Of a DNA stretch of 64,000 nt, positions 9,288 to 20,980 are shown piece by piece. The notes beneath the pieces are model-generated. The model was not told the DNA's origin, did no database searches, and saw only the letters and a program-made list of their open reading frames with translations. This stretch comes from a virus. The stretch lies in the IMG/VR virus record IMGVR_UViG_3300033144_003384, positions 19,757 to 83,756 of that record. The stretch is one strand, 5' to 3'. How positions within the stretch are numbered: the stretch's first letter is position 1; each line of letters begins with the position of its first letter. A program made the position numbers and the translations under genes.

Positions 9288-10344
9288 GTCAAGCATTGTC
9301 GCAGCTCAACGAGGGGTTGTCAAGTCCCGTCGGCAAAGAGAAAGCCCCCGCCGGAGCGGGGGCCGTTGCTTACTTTCGGGGCCACTTTCTGCACTCGGTT
9401 GTCGGGTGCGGCTTCCCATTAGCGGGAACGTGGATTCCCATTGATCATTCCTTTCTCTTGGCCAATCCTGCTTCGCAGTGCCTTCCCTGTCCTGTCTCTA
9501 GGCAAGTCCACTCGGCCTGCCTGTCGTCATTGCACCACCACGACACTGTTTCGTGTGTCTGGTTGCTTTCGTGTGATGTGACGGTGAACCTGCGTTCGGA
9601 GAGGCGGTTGGGGTTCGCGTGCTCAAGCTCGACGCCTTCGCCACGGTGTCCGCATCCGCATCCCATGAAGTTTTTGGGTGGTGCGCCCATTGCGCCTCCT
9701 TTCTTTGTATGTTCTCATTGTACACTACGCCCTGTAGTGTGTCAAGCTTTTATTCTGAAAACCCGCCAGCGTTGTGCTCGTCGCAGCCTTCGCCATCGAA
9801 GCAGCGCTCTCCGCAATACTCGCACGGTGCCCTGTCGCACTTGGCGCATATCTCGCCGAACCTGTAGCCCAGTGTCTTGGGCAGCATCGGGAACTCGGTG
9901 CGTGTCGTCGCTCCGCATTCTTTGCATAGCGGTCCGCTCATCAGAAGTCCGCCCGATGTACCACTGGCACGCCATCGACCTCTGCCAGCATGACATGCAC
10001 TAGATGACGCTTGGCCTTACTCGGCCTGAAGTGCTCCATAGCCTTCAGATGTGCGTGATAGGATGTGTCGCTCCATATCTCGACTTGCTTGCCGTCAAAC
10101 ATTGCGATATAGCCGTTCATACGTTGGCTCTTCCGAAGTCCCACGTTCCGGCCTCGATCAGCTTGTCGCACACGCCGTCAAGCCTGCCGACGAAACGGCG
10201 CAGTAGCTCGGTGTGTCCGTTGTGCTTCTCAATGGAAGCGATGAGCTTGCGCGTGCGCTGTTGGTCGCTTGTGATGGCCTGTAGCACGGTCTGTGCCTCG
10301 GCGTCTGTCAGTGTTACTCGTACCATGTGTCTCCTTGTGTCTCC

Positions 10345-10572
10345 TTACCAGTTTCTCCAGCTTCGGCCCCATCGTGGTGATGTTGACCGTAGGTAGCGTG
10401 TGAGCTTCGGTGCTAGTGCCTCTGTTAGTTCGGGCAGTGCGATGTGTACTGCGATGTCGATTGACCTTACGAAGCGGCACGGTGAGCCGAATGCGAATCG
10501 GCTCTTGGGTGCTTGCTCAAAGTAGGGCAGTAGCTCAAGTGTTTCGGTGAGTGTGAATGTGCTTGTAAGCAT
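10345..10572 (-). CDS. hypothetical protein, paralog of 1364..1591; heads an operon running to about 9750
   Basis: leaderless after TTGACA-N18-TATAAT; clear similarity to the paralog. Confidence 0.8.
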   Translation of the reverse strand: MLTSTFTLTETLELLPYFEQAPKSRFAFGSPCRFVRSIDIAVHIALPELTEALAPKLTRYLRSTSPRWGRSWRNW

Positions 10573-10703
10573 GAGTACATTATAACCTGTAAAGGCTAGG
10601 GTTGTCAAGCGATTGTTTGGAATAAATAATCTGAGAAAACACTTGACAAACGCTCCCCCATAGTGCATACTGTCACTATAAGGCATAAGGGAAAGGAACC
10701 CAA

Positions 10704-10919
10704 ATGACCACCACCCTCAACGCAATGACCACCACCGAAAACATCAACGGTGTCGAAGTCAACATCGAAGGTGAATACGGATACGGATACGTCGTAACAC
10801 TCTACAAGAACAACGGCGAACACCCCAACGGCCCATACTTCGAAGAAAAGGAATACGAAGTCGGAACCTTCTCCACAATCGACGAAGCCCGTGACGAAGC
10901 CCGAATGACAATCGGCTGA
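10704..10919 (+). CDS. hypothetical acidic protein
   Basis: promoter 10643-10671, RBS, terminator 10933-10960. Confidence 0.7.
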   Translation: MTTTLNAMTTTENINGVEVNIEGEYGYGYVVTLYKNNGEHPNGPYFEEKEYEVGTFSTIDEARDEARMTIG

Positions 10920-11147
10920 AACACTCAAGCGAAAGCCCCCCGTGAAAGCGGGGGGTTTCTTCGTGCGTCAGCTCACTCCAACAACCAGATGGCGGGACTT
11001 ATCAGGGAACAGTCGCCCGGCGGAGTCGAACAGCTCGAACACTCGGTTACCCCCCTGGAAGAGCCCGGAGAGCCCCGACGAAGCGCAAAAAGTCTCGATC
11101 GTGCGCGCGCGGGGGCCCGTTTAGAAAAAATGGGATTCTCAGTTTTG

Positions 11148-13918
11148 TCAAGTGTTATTTGGCCAGGTGTAGTTGATTGGGGGTGTGGCGTCTGGGTTGA
11201 GTTGTAGGATTGTGTTTCGTGGGATGTGGGGGTTGAGTTCGGTTTCTATGCCCATGATTACGTCTAGGGGTGATGTTCGTGAGGGGTGGCTTGCGGCTTT
11301 GAGGTCTTCCCATGTTTGTGGGTGCATGTGTAGTGGTAGTGGTTTGTTGTTGTGGTCGCGGAGTAGGTTATTCATTGTCGTTTGTTGTGTCGTTTGATAT
11401 GTAGGACAGGATTTCGTCGTAGATTAGGCTTTCGATTCTGTAGGTTGTTTCTGATGTCAGGTCGTTTGATGTGATGATCATTAGTGTGCCGTCGAAGTTG
11501 TTTTGCCACTCAGCCTCGGTCTTTAATCGTTCGCTTCCGTATTCATGGGTGATGTGCTGAACAATTCTCCAATTTTCCAAAGACAGGATAAATCTATCGT
11601 TCTCAAATAGGGCATGAACATTCAGTGCATCTTTTCTTGTCGGTAGGTCACTCATCGTTGTTGTCCTCGGTGAGAGCATCCGGCGGTCTGAACGGCTTGT
11701 CGGCATCCATAACCCACGACGGCTCACGTTCCTCCTCGGTGATGAAGTCGTGCAGACGGTCCAACGCTGCAGTCCCTTCCACAAACTCACGATGCTCTTT
11801 CATGGACATCGGCGTGATCTCCAACCCTTCTGTCCACACAATCCATTTCTCGTCACCTAATTGTCCGAAGCAAAACACACAAATGTCTGAGTTGCGCCAC
11901 GTATGCCCCGCAACAGCATCGAAGATATGGTCTGGCGACCAGAACCCCCAACCACGGCGATTACAGCGGGCGCATACTTGTCGCGTAGGATCAGTCATCG
12001 TCTGTCCCCTCCAACCATGCGCTCACTGCCTTGTCCAAGGCTGTTCTTGTCCAAGGCTGTGTTTCTTGTGTGATGCGGACCAGCTCAGCGTTGGCGGTGT
12101 AACGTCGTTCGTTCTCGTAGATGTCTCCACCAGCGAGACGGTCGAGAACCGATTTGAATCTGTTATTCATTCGTCTGTCCTGGTTGTCTCCCCATCGTTC
12201 TGTTGCTCCGCAGATTTTGCATTCGAATATGGTGGCGATGACTTCGTTGTTGTCGTTTTTTTCGAACCAGACGTCGTGTTTGGTGCTTGGGCAGTTTTTG
12301 CGTGGGCATTCGGTGGTGCCGTTGATGTTTGTGTATCGGATGATTGGGTGGCTCATGGTTGGTATGTGATGATGTGGCAGGGTTGTTTGATCCAGTTGTT
12401 GCCGTTGCACATGATGGTGCCTTGTGCTTGTTGGTGGTGGGTGTGGCACCAGGATATTGTAGGAGGCATATGGGGTTCCGTTTGTTTAATCGCTAGTTGT
12501 TGATGGGCTTACAGGGTATGTCGCCACATCTGCTGCCAAAAGCTCATAATTGTCGTCGGCATCCTCCAGGTCACAGTCCCCACGATGACGATGATCGCCA
12601 CAGAACGCACGCACAGGGATGCCATAGTCGCGCACCATTTTGTGGCCCCGCTCGGAATGGGTTGTCCACTCCTGCTTGATGCGGTAAAGGACGGTGGGTT
12701 CGTTCATGCATCGCGGCTGAAAGCACAGGGTGATATCTCCAAACTTTTCAACTAAACCGAAATATGGGCGATGGTTCTCAGCAATGAATTTGCCCAAAAT
12801 CGAGACAATGTCGAGGTCACGGTATTCTCTGACTGTTCGGTTGTTGGTGTTGTGGTTCAGAAATGTCTTGTTTGGGTTTCTTCGCACAACGGTGAGGATA
12901 CGTGTGTATCGCCATTCGTCGCCAGATAGCTCCGATTCTTTCCAACGTGGAAGCATTTCGTATTCCATGGATAGGATGCCGTCGTCTTCAGGTAGCGGCT
13001 TCAGGTAGTAGTTCATGTGGTTTCCTCCCAATCTACAGTTCCTGGTGCAGACGTGATGGTGGCTATGTAGTGTGTTGAGCAGAAATGTCCTTTGGGGTCT
13101 TTTATGGGTGTGAATGCTCCTTCTTGGTCGCATTTGTCGCATTTGGGGGTTGGTGTTGCGTTGCTGGTGCCTGTTATGCGTTGGTAGGGGAAGGGTATTA
13201 TGTCTGGCATTGGCGTTATTGGCTTCGGGCCTCTTGCGCATCCTCTACGATGTGGTGATAGGCACCGTATTCGTAACCGAAGCAGTGGTTACAGAAATGA
13301 AACCAGGAGTAGTCGTCTTTCTTCTCTTCGGGGGCGTCGTTGATTGTGTCTAGCCATTCTTGGGCGTTTCGTGCGTCGTGGACGCTTTGCCATTCCGGGG
13401 ACGTTCCGTTGCATCGTGTCTTGTATCCGTCTTCTGTTGGCTTAATGCGGTGCAGCGTTTGTAAGCCCAGGAAATATCCGTGATAGGTCATGCCCCATAT
13501 GGGGGTTTCTGTGCCGTGAATGGTTAGTTCCATCATGGGTCAATTTTCCATTCTCTGTCAGGGAGGATCATTCCTGTCTGTCGATACATCTGGAGGTCCA
13601 TTCGTTGGATTGTGTTCCAGGGTGAAGTGGTGGAATACCATGTGGCTTGGACAGTAGCGGTTGAGCCCCGCCATGTTTGAGTGAGCGTTATTCGGGAAGG
13701 GTGACTCGGCACGTGACGGCGTTCCCTTTGATTGTCGTGATTTCGAAACTGAGTCCTTCGAGAATGATGTCAGTCACGTTCGCTAACCCTTCGCGGTCGT
13801 CCTCATAATCCGGGCTTTCTTTATCAATTTCTGCAAGGTCGACAAGGACGTCGGTGATGTAGTCGTGGATTCGGAGACGGATAATGTCATTTGATACTGT
13901 TGCCATAATGCTTGACAT
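11148..13918 (-). other. run of small hypothetical genes
   Basis: abutting ORFs such as 11648-11998, 12486-13016, 13216-13536 and 13688-13906; no family recognised. Confidence 0.55.
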
Positions 13919-16151
13919 TGTAGCAGAAGTCGGGTACGGTGTCTACATATGGATTACGTACAGATAACCGGATGGCAAAACGAAGTTACCGGCAAAATTC
14001 ACGGAACCAAAGGTCCCCCCCATTCTACAATGGGATTATGCGGCAACGGCGGGTGGCTACTCGACGGTTTACGCAACAAAGACGTCGGGGACTTCTACGA
14101 CACACCCCAGACGCAACGGTGCGAAAAGTGCAACGAAGCAGCAAAGAAACTCAACCCGTTCAGGATTACCAGGAAATTGGTCGAAGCGTTCAAAGAAGAT
14201 GTCGCAAAGGAAGGGGCCACGGTGAGGGTGAATGTCGCCTTCAGGGACGTAAAGAATCTCCAAAAGTTTTACAGGACAGAGAAGTCGGTTGTGGTGTATA
14301 GAAAGCTGCCCGACAATCAGACAATGTCGTCCGACCATGGGCACAGCTATCCGGCGACCATCTATCAGTGGGTGAGGGAAGACTGGAAAGGGAAGGTCAA
14401 CACCTTGCATTCGTGGTCTGGGAGTCCCGAGAATGTGTGGGTTGATCGTCGTGGGGATATTGATGATTGACTACGAAGCCATGAAAGAAGTGCTTGCCAT
14501 TCCTGATGAATCTGGAGCATTCTTCAAGTGGCACAGTACCGAACAACTAGAAGATGCGCTGTATGTTGGGCTGCCCGACGGGCCGTTGTACCGACGCAAG
14601 TGTGGGTTCGGACATGACGAGGATTGTCACCCGTTCTATGTGCAGGTGTGGCCGGAGGTAGGCAACGATGATTGACTACGAAGCGGCGGCACTGATGATA
14701 CATCAGCTTCGCAATTTGGGATCACCACCGAAGCGACTACCGGACATTGATGCAGCGAAGCGCATAGTAGGTGCTGCGTTGGGTGACACCGTGCTGTACT
14801 GCTTAGAACAACACAAGACATATTGTGACGATTACGAGGGGGCAACCGAGTTTGGTTGTCGCGGGGGTCATGTTGAGCGCCGTTACGTTCAGGTGTGGCC
14901 GGAAGGGGATGGCGAATGGGTGAACCAAAAGTATGGGTAGGGGGCGCAGTTTGATGAAAACGGAGTACCGCCTTTGTGTCACCAGGGGAACTAGCAAGCG
15001 TCCAATGCGCTACGGGAAACGCGACAGGAACCACGCTGAAACCGATGCAGCGAAATACGCTACACCTTTGGAGCGTGGGCTAGCGGAGCGGGTTTGGATC
15101 GAATCGAGGCAGGTAAGTGAATGGAAAGAAGGGAACAACGATGACGGTTGAAGAACCGTGGGAGTGTGCTTGCGGAGAGACAGACATCACGAAGCACGAT
15201 CTTGGCATGGTGATTTCACACACGTTCGACATGTCGATGCAGGAAGGTCGGGATATGCTGGTTCGTATTCGTAATCGTGCTGGTGTCGAAACTGCCGATG
15301 AGGACAGGATATTTCCGGATGCTCTCACGAAGGAGAACACAGATGGGTGACCTGTATGAATTGCGATGGCATGACGGTCTCCTGCCTCGTCCCATTCAGC
15401 AGCAAATTGATGACGGCATTTGGGTACTTGTTGAGCTATGTGAACACGATCGGTCGAAAGGCCATTGGGTTACAATGATATGTCGTTGTAGTAATTGGCT
15501 CGGTAAAGCGTTTGGGCGGTGGGTTGATTCTGGGGAAGAATATGTGCCTGGCGAATGGGTGGAGTGTGATCATGTTTGGTGTGAGGGTGCAGAGTTGAGG
15601 AACGGGTAGACCCCATAGAATAATGCTTGACATTCGGTAGGTTTCCTGTACGATGTCAATATGACGTTAGATACTAAAATCATCATCTCCGGAGTAGACC
15701 TCGACCCCGAGTCTGTGTTCCTATACGCGGCAAGCCTTCTTGGGGCAGACGACAACTACCAATACGATATTGACCCCGAAACGTGGATGACGAGTGGCTA
15801 CTACGCGTCCGTCATCTCCGCAAAGCCAGGACAGGGACTCCCCGCATGGCTCATCGTATCCGTCGAACCTGCCGGACTCATCCGAATCTCATACGACACC
15901 GCATACGGTTACAAGATGGACAACGGGGCTGGGTGTGGCGACTTGCACGCATGGCTCATCGCCCAACTCGCCCTGAAATACGCACCCAATGCCACCATGC
16001 TGTGGCAAAACGAATTCAACGGCAACTGGCAAGAAATCATTTACGACTATTTACAAAACGAACAAGACTGGGAATGGTTCCTCGACAGTTTTGAAGGCTT
16101 CGGCAATCCTCGCAAAGGGGCCCTGGAATTTGGGAAACGACTGGAAGTAGC

Positions 16152-16745
16152 ATGACTTTTTACGAACTATGCAGAAACGCAACAGACCTAGACCTGGAAC
16201 TGATCAAACAAGTCTGTTCAACTGGCGGACTAACCCCAATTACCTTGGAAGATATTGTTCTTGGCCCAATAGCAGGTTTGGTTGGTAGCGGGCTAACCGC
16301 CGACGACCTCGAAATAACCTACGACGAAGGGTACGACGCCGGAATTCTTGATGCCGCCTACGTAGGAAATGACATAGAAGTCGCCCTAGCTCCTTTGTTT
16401 AAACGGGTAAAGGACGGAAACTACATAGGGATAGGGACCGGACCCGGCTGGTGGCCACTGCTACTCAAGCTCGACTCGCGCCTAGCCATTACAGACCCCG
16501 ACTACACCATCGGGCAAGTCAAAGAGAAGTTCGGCACCCTACGGTTTTACACCGGGCCACTGACCGAAGCAGGTCGGGCCCTAGTTCAGGCAGCCGAAGC
16601 CGCAACAGCGACCACCTGTGAAGAATGCGGCAAACCAGGCACGCTAGACGCTAGCGATTACTGGATGAAAACGCTGTGCGAAGCACATCAGCAATTGCGG
16701 GCGGAGAAGCGGAATGCGCAGCGGGCGGAAGAAGCTAATGACTGA
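16152..16745 (+). CDS. conserved phage hypothetical protein
   Basis: recurrent phage motif QVKEKFGTLRFY...TCEECGKPG. Confidence 0.7.
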   Translation: MTFYELCRNATDLDLELIKQVCSTGGLTPITLEDIVLGPIAGLVGSGLTADDLEITYDEGYDAGILDAAYVGNDIEVALAPLFKRVKDGNYIGIGTGPGWWPLLLKLDSRLAITDPDYTIGQVKEKFGTLRFYTGPLTEAGRALVQAAEAATATTCEECGKPGTLDASDYWMKTLCEAHQQLRAEKRNAQRAEEAND

Positions 16746-16948
16746 CAGGCTCACAAAAAGGCAAGCACAAATCGTTGGTGCCTTCACCGGAATTGTTGCC
16801 GGTCCCTTCCCGGAACTCCACGAATACATTCAAGAGATTCTGGGTCGACCAGTATTTACAATTGAGCTAGGAAACGAAGAGATGGCAGACAGAATCAGTG
16901 CCGCAGCGAAGGAAGATTTCCTCAATCTCGTAAGAACCGTAGACGACG

Positions 16949-17521
16949 ATGGGTAGGGAAATCAGGCGAGTGCCGATCGGGTGGGAACACCCCAAAGAGA
17001 ACAATTACAACCCGTACACCGACACCGTCACGTCTGATTACGTCGCCCTGTACGACGGGTCATTCGAGGCCGAAGCTCAAGAATGGCTTGACGGGTGTGT
17101 TGAGTGGGTGGCCGGGAAGCACAAAGATTTCGCTGAAGATTCTTGGGCTCGCGGATATCATGCGAAGAAGTTCGAAGAGACGGGCGACGAATATCATCTG
17201 CCGGAGAATTTTCTTGCCAAAACATACGTACGGTTTTGTGAGTTTCGTGGCAATTTCCCCAATCCCGACGATTACCGACCGGACTGGCCCGAAAGGGACA
17301 TGGTGGCATACCAAATTTACGAGACGGTGTCTGAGGGGACTCCAGTGTCTCCCGTATTCCTAACGCACGCCGAAATGAAACGGTGGCTGTTCAGTCAGGG
17401 GCATTCGGAAGTTGCTGTATCGAAATTCATCGAATATGGGTCAGCGCCGTCGATGATCATGTTCGGCGGCCCAGGTGGCGTATCGTTGAAGTCAAACATC
17501 GACGCATTGGAAGACTTGTGA
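16949..17521 (+). CDS. conserved phage hypothetical protein
   Basis: MGREIRRVP..WEHP and YETVSEGTPVSPVF motifs. Confidence 0.7.
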   Translation: MGREIRRVPIGWEHPKENNYNPYTDTVTSDYVALYDGSFEAEAQEWLDGCVEWVAGKHKDFAEDSWARGYHAKKFEETGDEYHLPENFLAKTYVRFCEFRGNFPNPDDYRPDWPERDMVAYQIYETVSEGTPVSPVFLTHAEMKRWLFSQGHSEVAVSKFIEYGSAPSMIMFGGPGGVSLKSNIDALEDL

Positions 17522-17934
17522 CGAAGAGATGTCATGTCAAGATTCCTGACGGCGGGCGTGGTAGATACAAGACGTTCATAGGTAAGTCGTGTCGGAACAG
17601 GGCGTGGCGTAACGGTTATTGCAAAACTTGTTACGAACATCACGTATCTCAAGTGCTTGCTGACTATGAAGAGATGTATGACGCATTTAAATATGCTTTG
17701 GAGAACGATATTGAGCCATTTAAATTGAAGTGGGAAACATGAAGAAGCCGAAACCAGAGCACACGATCCAGCACACCATCACCACGCCAAGGGGCGAGTT
17801 CAACATTCCGTTGGAGTTTCAGCTTTGGAAGGACGGCACGGTGACCTGGAAACGCAAGCCGGTCAAATTGACTAGCTGACGTTTCTGTATTCCTAACACT
17901 TGACAAACCTATGTGAATATGGAATACTGAAACC

Positions 17935-18339
17935 ATGCCCGTGAACCGATACAAGAAACTCCAAGTCGTCGTGAGCGCCATCGAATGGCTAGGCGACGAT
18001 AAAGTCAACCACGAAGAGACCATGAAGTTTTGTGAAGGCAACGCACGCCTCAAGGGAGACTTCCTCATCATCGACACACTGGAAGGCGGAATGCAAGCCT
18101 CCTGGGGCGACTTTATCGTCAAAGGAATTGAGGGAGAGTTCTATCCCGTCAAGCCGAGCATCTTCTGGAAAACATACCGAGAGCTTGGCGATGCCTGCGA
18201 AGAGGGCGTCGTCTATCTCGACGCAGAATCCTATGACGCCCTAATGGCTGACCTTGATGTGCCACCCCAAGAGTTACCCGGACTCAAAAGACTGTTCGAA
18301 GCCGACGTGTTCTCGGACGAAACAACACAGGGAAGCTAA
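17935..18339 (+). CDS. conserved phage protein (TLEG...GDFIVKGxxGEFYP family)
   Basis: motif TLEGGMQASWGDFIVKGIEGEFYPVKPSIF; leaderless promoter. Confidence 0.75.
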   Translation: MPVNRYKKLQVVVSAIEWLGDDKVNHEETMKFCEGNARLKGDFLIIDTLEGGMQASWGDFIVKGIEGEFYPVKPSIFWKTYRELGDACEEGVVYLDAESYDALMADLDVPPQELPGLKRLFEADVFSDETTQGS

Positions 18340-20225
18340 TGGGACATGATAGGCCATCTAAGCGGTACAACTATCAAGGCACATTCATCACTGGCGGAAC
18401 ACGGCGTTACAACTATGTGTGCTTCGACTGTCGCTACACGTCACGGGAAGGATCAAATTGCCCAACTTGCGGCAACAGACTTTGGTTTGCCAGAGACAGA
18501 TGGCGAGTACCGCCCAAAAAGGACAATAAGGCTTGGACCGAATACAAAAGACAAACCATCGCCATCAGAGACAACTGGAACGATAGGTACACACCGGAGG
18601 GGCACGCCCTGTGGCGAGGCCGTCGACTATTAGCGAAATGGAAACGGAAATGACTATTACGGAAGCACCAGTTACATGGAAAGAACTTGCTGCACTCGGA
18701 GGCGACTTCACCCAATTCGTCCAGTGGATAGTTCAAACCCACGGGCCGCTCCCTGACGGCAACATCCAGCAAGCCGACTACGAACGATACAAACAACTCT
18801 ACGAGGCAAAAACATGACTTGGCCATCAGAAAAATTTGTTGCCAACTTCGAAATTGGCGACCACGTTGGAGACCTTCCCACCATGAGAGCTGTCGTTGCC
18901 GCAATGGAATCTGCCGAAACTATGCAGAAAAACATGATGGAAGCTGCCGGAGACACTCACGCCGAAAATCTGTGGCTGGGAGCAATCCCCATCCTTTACG
19001 ACGTAGAGGTTATGGGGTACATTGTGTTTGAGGACTTCGGGTCCACGTATTATAAGGCCAAAGAGAAGGAGGGAAAATCGTGAACATAAAGGACACGACA
19101 TGGGGTGGCAACATCATTCAAGACAACTGGATACAAGGAGACCAAGTGGGACTTAACAACCTGTCATTTGCCGTAGGGACGGTCAAAAGGGTCGTCGTAG
19201 AGAACAAAGAGAAACACGCCGCCGAATTCCATGCCGCGTATGTGGGTTGGGTAGAGACGTGTAGACAATCAGCCACGACCATGATGGAACGTTTCGATGC
19301 TAGTGCTGAACCAGACGAGATGTTCCGTTTCCCTACCGCACCCGTTTCCCATGAAGACGACTACAGCCGCGTAGTCGACATGCTCGAATACACGACGGAC
19401 AGCACCGTAGCGTTGACAGAGTCCGAGTTCGAACAATACATGCGCGACCAATGGTCGTGGTCCGCAGGACATCAGGCTTCGTTCATGGCTTACACGCAGT
19501 AATGAAAGAGTTCAACTGGGTAGCAGCTTGCGGGTTTGCTTTCTGGACATTGCTGGTGTTTCTCCTGGGCTACATGGTTGGCATGTCGTGAGCCACAAGC
19601 ACCACTTCAAGTGGAGTGTTAATCTGGACGGCTGGCTTTGTCTGTGCGGCAGTTTGTATCAGCGGAGCGAGCGGTTCAGTGGCGTGTGGATCGAGACGAT
19701 GCAGTTCGACGAGAACTTTGTTGGGTCAGACGATGAGTAGGACTCGACGCAGGAAAATGTGGTACAAGGGGCCGGGCTTTGAGTTTTGGTCCAGGCGTCC
19801 GTACTTCGGGGAAGGCAAAGAGGGGAAGCGGGGGACTCATCGTCAGGAGCGTCACGTTGAGGCAAAGAAGGAAATTAAGGATCAATTGAATGAGTGACTG
19901 CAACATGTTTCCGATACCGCCGCCGCCAACAGATTCGGGGAAATTCTGGTTGGTGATTGGGGTGTCTGTTACGTTGTTCATCATAAGCATATACGCCATT
20001 ATCTCATATTTCGGTGGCTCTACTTCGGTAGTCCTTGACTGCGTCATCGTTGATAGCATCCAATATTGCCGATGAACAACCGAGTATTCTGGCTCATCTG
20101 CTTCGCCGTTGTCTTGGGCCTTGTCCTTCTCTACTTCGTGCAAGTCTTATCACCCTACTGATTTGACACCGCCATCTTCTTGGCGTACACTCCCTACGTC
20201 GGCTAGCGCCACGAAAGGAGCGCCC

Positions 20226-20555
20226 ATGCCAGATGTCTTACATCTCTTCCCCGTCCCCGAAGAAGAAGCCTCCCCGGTGGACACCATCTTCGACCATTGG
20301 GTTGAAATCACGTGGCCCAAACGTGGCCCGCGTCCCCGCCTCACCGACCAACGCCGTCGCGCCATCAAGCGTGCCTTGAAGGACTACAAGCCTCAAGACT
20401 GTCTCGACGCAATCGACGGCATCATGCTGTCCGACTTCCACACGGGCCACAACAGCAGCGGAAAGAGGTACCTTGACATCGGGCTGATTTTGAGAGACGC
20501 AGAACACATCGAACGATTTGCCATGATGAAACACGAAGAAGGGGACCTTTGGTGA
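20226..20555 (+). CDS. putative replication initiator-like protein
   Basis: AAAGGAG RBS; first of three coupled replication genes; helical domain resembling phage initiator C-termini. Confidence 0.5.
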   Translation: MPDVLHLFPVPEEEASPVDTIFDHWVEITWPKRGPRPRLTDQRRRAIKRALKDYKPQDCLDAIDGIMLSDFHTGHNSSGKRYLDIGLILRDAEHIERFAMMKHEEGDLW

Positions 20556-20980
20556 CGAAGGAAGAGCTACAAGCGATCGTCGACCGCGTATCAATCAACT
20601 GGAATGTCTACGAGATGCCAACACGACGCAAAGGTGCTTACAAGGTTTGGTGGCATTTTCTTAGCGACCTCGACTTTGACCTTGTGTCAAAGTATGTTGA
20701 CGAACGCGCCCTGGCGGGCGACTACCCACCACGACCCGGAGACGTACGCGGCGAATTGATTTATCGCAAGACAGGTATCGCGCCGCCAACGAAACAAGCG
20801 TGGGTTGAGTTTCAAAAAGCTCGCAGCGACCTTGAGTCCGGGGTTGATCCCGGCAACCTCGACCCTATCGTAGCCAAAACGATGAAGGAGATGGGGCGGA
20901 ACAATCAGAGGGACGTGTTTTTTCGCCTGTACGACGACAACCGCGGGGAATATTTTGCCAATGAATTGGACAGCCGATGA
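20552..20980 (+). CDS. putative helicase loader/inhibitor-like protein
   Basis: W...LSDLDF...YPPRPGD pattern; coupled to the primase-helicase gene. Confidence 0.45.
   Translation: MTKEELQAIVDRVSINWNVYEMPTRRKGAYKVWWHFLSDLDFDLVSKYVDERALAGDYPPRPGDVRGELIYRKTGIAPPTKQAWVEFQKARSDLESGVDPGNLDPIVAKTMKEMGRNNQRDVFFRLYDDNRGEYFANELDSR

Larger units (their letters stand above)
13949..20075 (+). other. run of about 20 small hypothetical phage genes
   Basis: overlapping ATGA/GTGA junctions; internal promoters near 13913, 15627 and 17900. Confidence 0.6.
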
